DNA of 64,000 nucleotides from contig NC_086108.1 in assembly GCF_963921235.1 (NCBI RefSeq), positions 99,016,001 to 99,080,000 of the forward strand, read 5' to 3'. Of the stretch, positions 61,635 to 64,000 are shown piece after piece. The notes beneath the pieces were generated by a model. It worked only from the letters and a program-made list of their open reading frames with translations. It had not been told where the DNA came from and did not search any database. Source of the stretch: Mobula hypostoma. Lineage: Eukaryota. The first letter of the stretch is position 1. Each line of letters opens with the position of its first letter. A program made the position numbers and the translations under genes.

Positions 61635-64000
61635 TTTTTTCAGTCCATGCTGGTAAAACCTGAGGTACGGGCATAGCCATGCCCACTCATTTCTCAATTG
61701 CTAGGAACTTTCAGACTATTCTAATGGTGTTTAGTATTGTGGTTTTCTGGAGATTTACATAAATATTATTGTGTAGGCTTAATTGTTTAATGCTATGGTG
61801 TAGAGTCTCTGGGATGCTGCTAGATATAGATATTACCATTGGGACAATGTATGCCCTTTTCATGTTCCATAGTCTTTCAACTTCCTCTTTTACTTCAGCT
61901 TATTTCTGGTGTTCTTCACTTATTGACTTCTGTATGTTACGTGTGTTTGGAATGGCTATATCTAATAAGTAGCACACATCAAAGTTGCTGGTGAACGCAG
62001 CAGGCCAGGCAGCATCTCTAGGAAGAGGTGCAGTCGACATTTCAGGCCAAGACCTTTCGTCAGGACTAACTGAAAGAAGAGCTAGTAAGAGATTTGAAAG
62101 TGGGAGGGGGAGGGGGAGGGGGAGATCCAAAATGATAAGAAAAGACAGGAGGGGGAGGGATGGAGCCAGGAGCTGGACAGGTGATTGGCAAAGGGGATAT
62201 GAGAGGATCATCGGACAGGAGGCCCAGGGAGAAGGAAAGTGGGGGGGGGGGAACCCAGAGGATGGACAAGGGGTATAGTCGGAGGGACAGAGGGAGAAAA
62301 AGGAGAGTGAAAGAAAGAATGTGTGTATATAAATAAATAACGGATGGGGTACGAGGGGGAGGTGGGGCATTAGCGGAAGCTAGTGAAGTCAATGTTCATG
62401 CCATCAGTTTGGAGGCTACCCAGACGGAATATAAGGTGTTGTTCCTCCAACCACTGGGTCACACATTTTAATTCCACATCCCATTCCCATTCTGATATGT
62501 CTATCCATGGCCTCCTCTACTGTAAAGATGAAGCCACACTCAGGTTGGAGGAACAACGCCTTATATTCCGTCTGGGTTGCCTCCAACCTGATGGCATTAA
62601 CATCGACTTCTCTAACTTCCGCTAATGCCCCACCTCCCCCTCGTACCCCATTCGTTATTTATTTATATACACACATTCTTTCTCTCACTCTCCTTTTTCT
62701 CCCTCTGTCCCTCTGACTATACCCCTTGCCCATCCTCTGGGTTCCCCTCTCCTCCCCCTTTTCCTTCTCCCTGGGCCTCCTGTCCCATGATCCTCTCGTA
62801 TCCCTTTTGCCAATCACCTGTCCAGCTCCTGGCTCCATCCCTCCCCCTCCCACTTTCAAATCTCTTACTTGCTTTTCCTTCAGTTAGTCTGATGAAGGGT
62901 CTCGGCCTGAAACGTCGACTGCACCTCTTCCTAGAGATGCTGCCTGGCCTGCTGCGTTCACCAGCAACTTTGATGTGTGTTGCTTGAATTTCCAGCATCT
63001 GCAGAATTCCTGTTGTTTGCGTATCTAATAAGTAAGTTGTTTTTGCTTGTTTACCCTGTAATATTATATCCAGACGGTTATTATAGCTTGCTCTGTCTGT
63101 AATGATTGATCAGTCATTGTATAATTTGGAGGACTCTGACTCTCAGACTGGATCAGGCTTGTACGGTGTCTTTTATGAGTCTGTATTTTAAGACAAGGCT
63201 TTGGTGAATGATGTTCGCAAATTGATTGTACCTGTGTAAATAATCAGATTGAGTTAGACTGCTGCAGTATCCTGAAATACGCTGGATTGTTTCTGATTTC
63301 TTTTGGCATTTTCTGAATAAATCATTTTGAATTTGTTGGACTTATATTATGTATTTTTGATTTTTTATTGTGTTAATCATCTGGCCCTGTATTGCCACAA
63401 GGAACCGCACTGTTTCTAGGAAGAGGTCTCCAACTCAGAGTCAGGTGTTTGACGTTTTCTTGTCGACATCTAGTCTGCTCAGATCATGAGGACATCTTCC
63501 ATGGAGGAACAAGCTCTTCCATTGGTTAACTTTTTCTTCTATAGTGATAATGTCTTCATTTTTCTGGGTTGTGCTCTCATTTAAGTTTAGTGATGGTGTG
63601 TTCTTCTTATCAGGATTGTGTATGCTCATGTGTAGTGCTGAAACCTGTTTTTGTAGATAAAACTATATCCTTAGAAGTTTTATTTGACTATTGTGTAAAT
63701 TTTTAATGCCTGTTATTCCTCTTCCTCCTTTTGTCCTAGGTAGTGTTAATCTAAGTGTGTTTGAGTGTACAAAATGTGTTCTGAAATTTGTCATTTCAGT
63801 TCTTATTTTTCTTTGTAAATTTTCCTTATCAGTTTCAGACCAAGATAATAAGCTAAAAGAATATGTTACTTTGGGTGTAGCAGAAGTATTTATTGCCTTT
63901 GTTATATTTTTACTATTGAACTGTTTTGCAGACTTTCTTAGCCTTGAAGTAAATTCTGTCGAAAGTTTCCCCTTTATTGCAGTATGATGTTTTCTTTGCT
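61635..64000 (-). mobile_element. R4/Dong-clade (restriction-like endonuclease) non-LTR retrotransposon, 3' part, decayed
   Basis: KAINTSATP..YSF..W..RLTLPRTKGGRG; W..LHG; CCHC-like KCQKKSETIQ.ISGYC; YLHRYN; NRLDII..YLLDIAIPN; TAA-like sequence after the 3' end. Confidence 0.8.
61972..63020 (+). mobile_element. Penelope-like fold-back insertion (copy 9, ~1.05 kb)
   Basis: TSD TATCTAATAAGTA (61959-61971 / 63022-63034); 61972-62452 inverted against 62543-62979; GIY-YIG C-terminus THFNSTSHSHSDM..RLEEQRLIFRLGCLQPDGINIDF. Confidence 0.9.

Noticed and set aside
62101..62123. G-quadruplex motif GGGAGGGGGAGGGGGAGGGGG as a locus-specific regulator
   Set aside because: Part of the repeat's purine tract, with unit number varying between copies; no evidence of function.

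Overview
Eukaryotic, repeat-saturated intronic or intergenic DNA. The repeat families (CR1 with esterase ORF1, HE1/V-SINE-like and Deu-like SINEs, Rex1/Babar, Penelope-like elements) point to a cartilaginous fish, probably a ray; this is inferred from recalled repeat families. No host protein-coding exon could be supported, and the ORFs I could assign are transposon remnants or their antisense frames. The window holds many CR1 and Rex1/Babar LINE fragments (one near-full-length CR1), RTE-derived elements, an R4/Dong-clade LINE, Tc1 and hAT DNA transposons and MITEs, a probable solo LTR, several SINEs and two CTCF-like motifs in unique DNA. The most structured signal is a young Penelope-like family with nine insertions, six of them fold-back inverted pairs of 3' ends, with 7-16 bp target-site duplications (TSDs). 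The family carries a minimal type-I hammerhead ribozyme motif, and one copy restarts at the predicted self-cleavage site. A second notable structure is a composite hAT-type element whose ~200 bp inverted arms include Tc1 coding sequence and which encloses an internal CR1 reverse transcriptase (RT) fragment. Family names come from recognising motifs by eye, not from database searches, and boundaries of old repeats are approximate.
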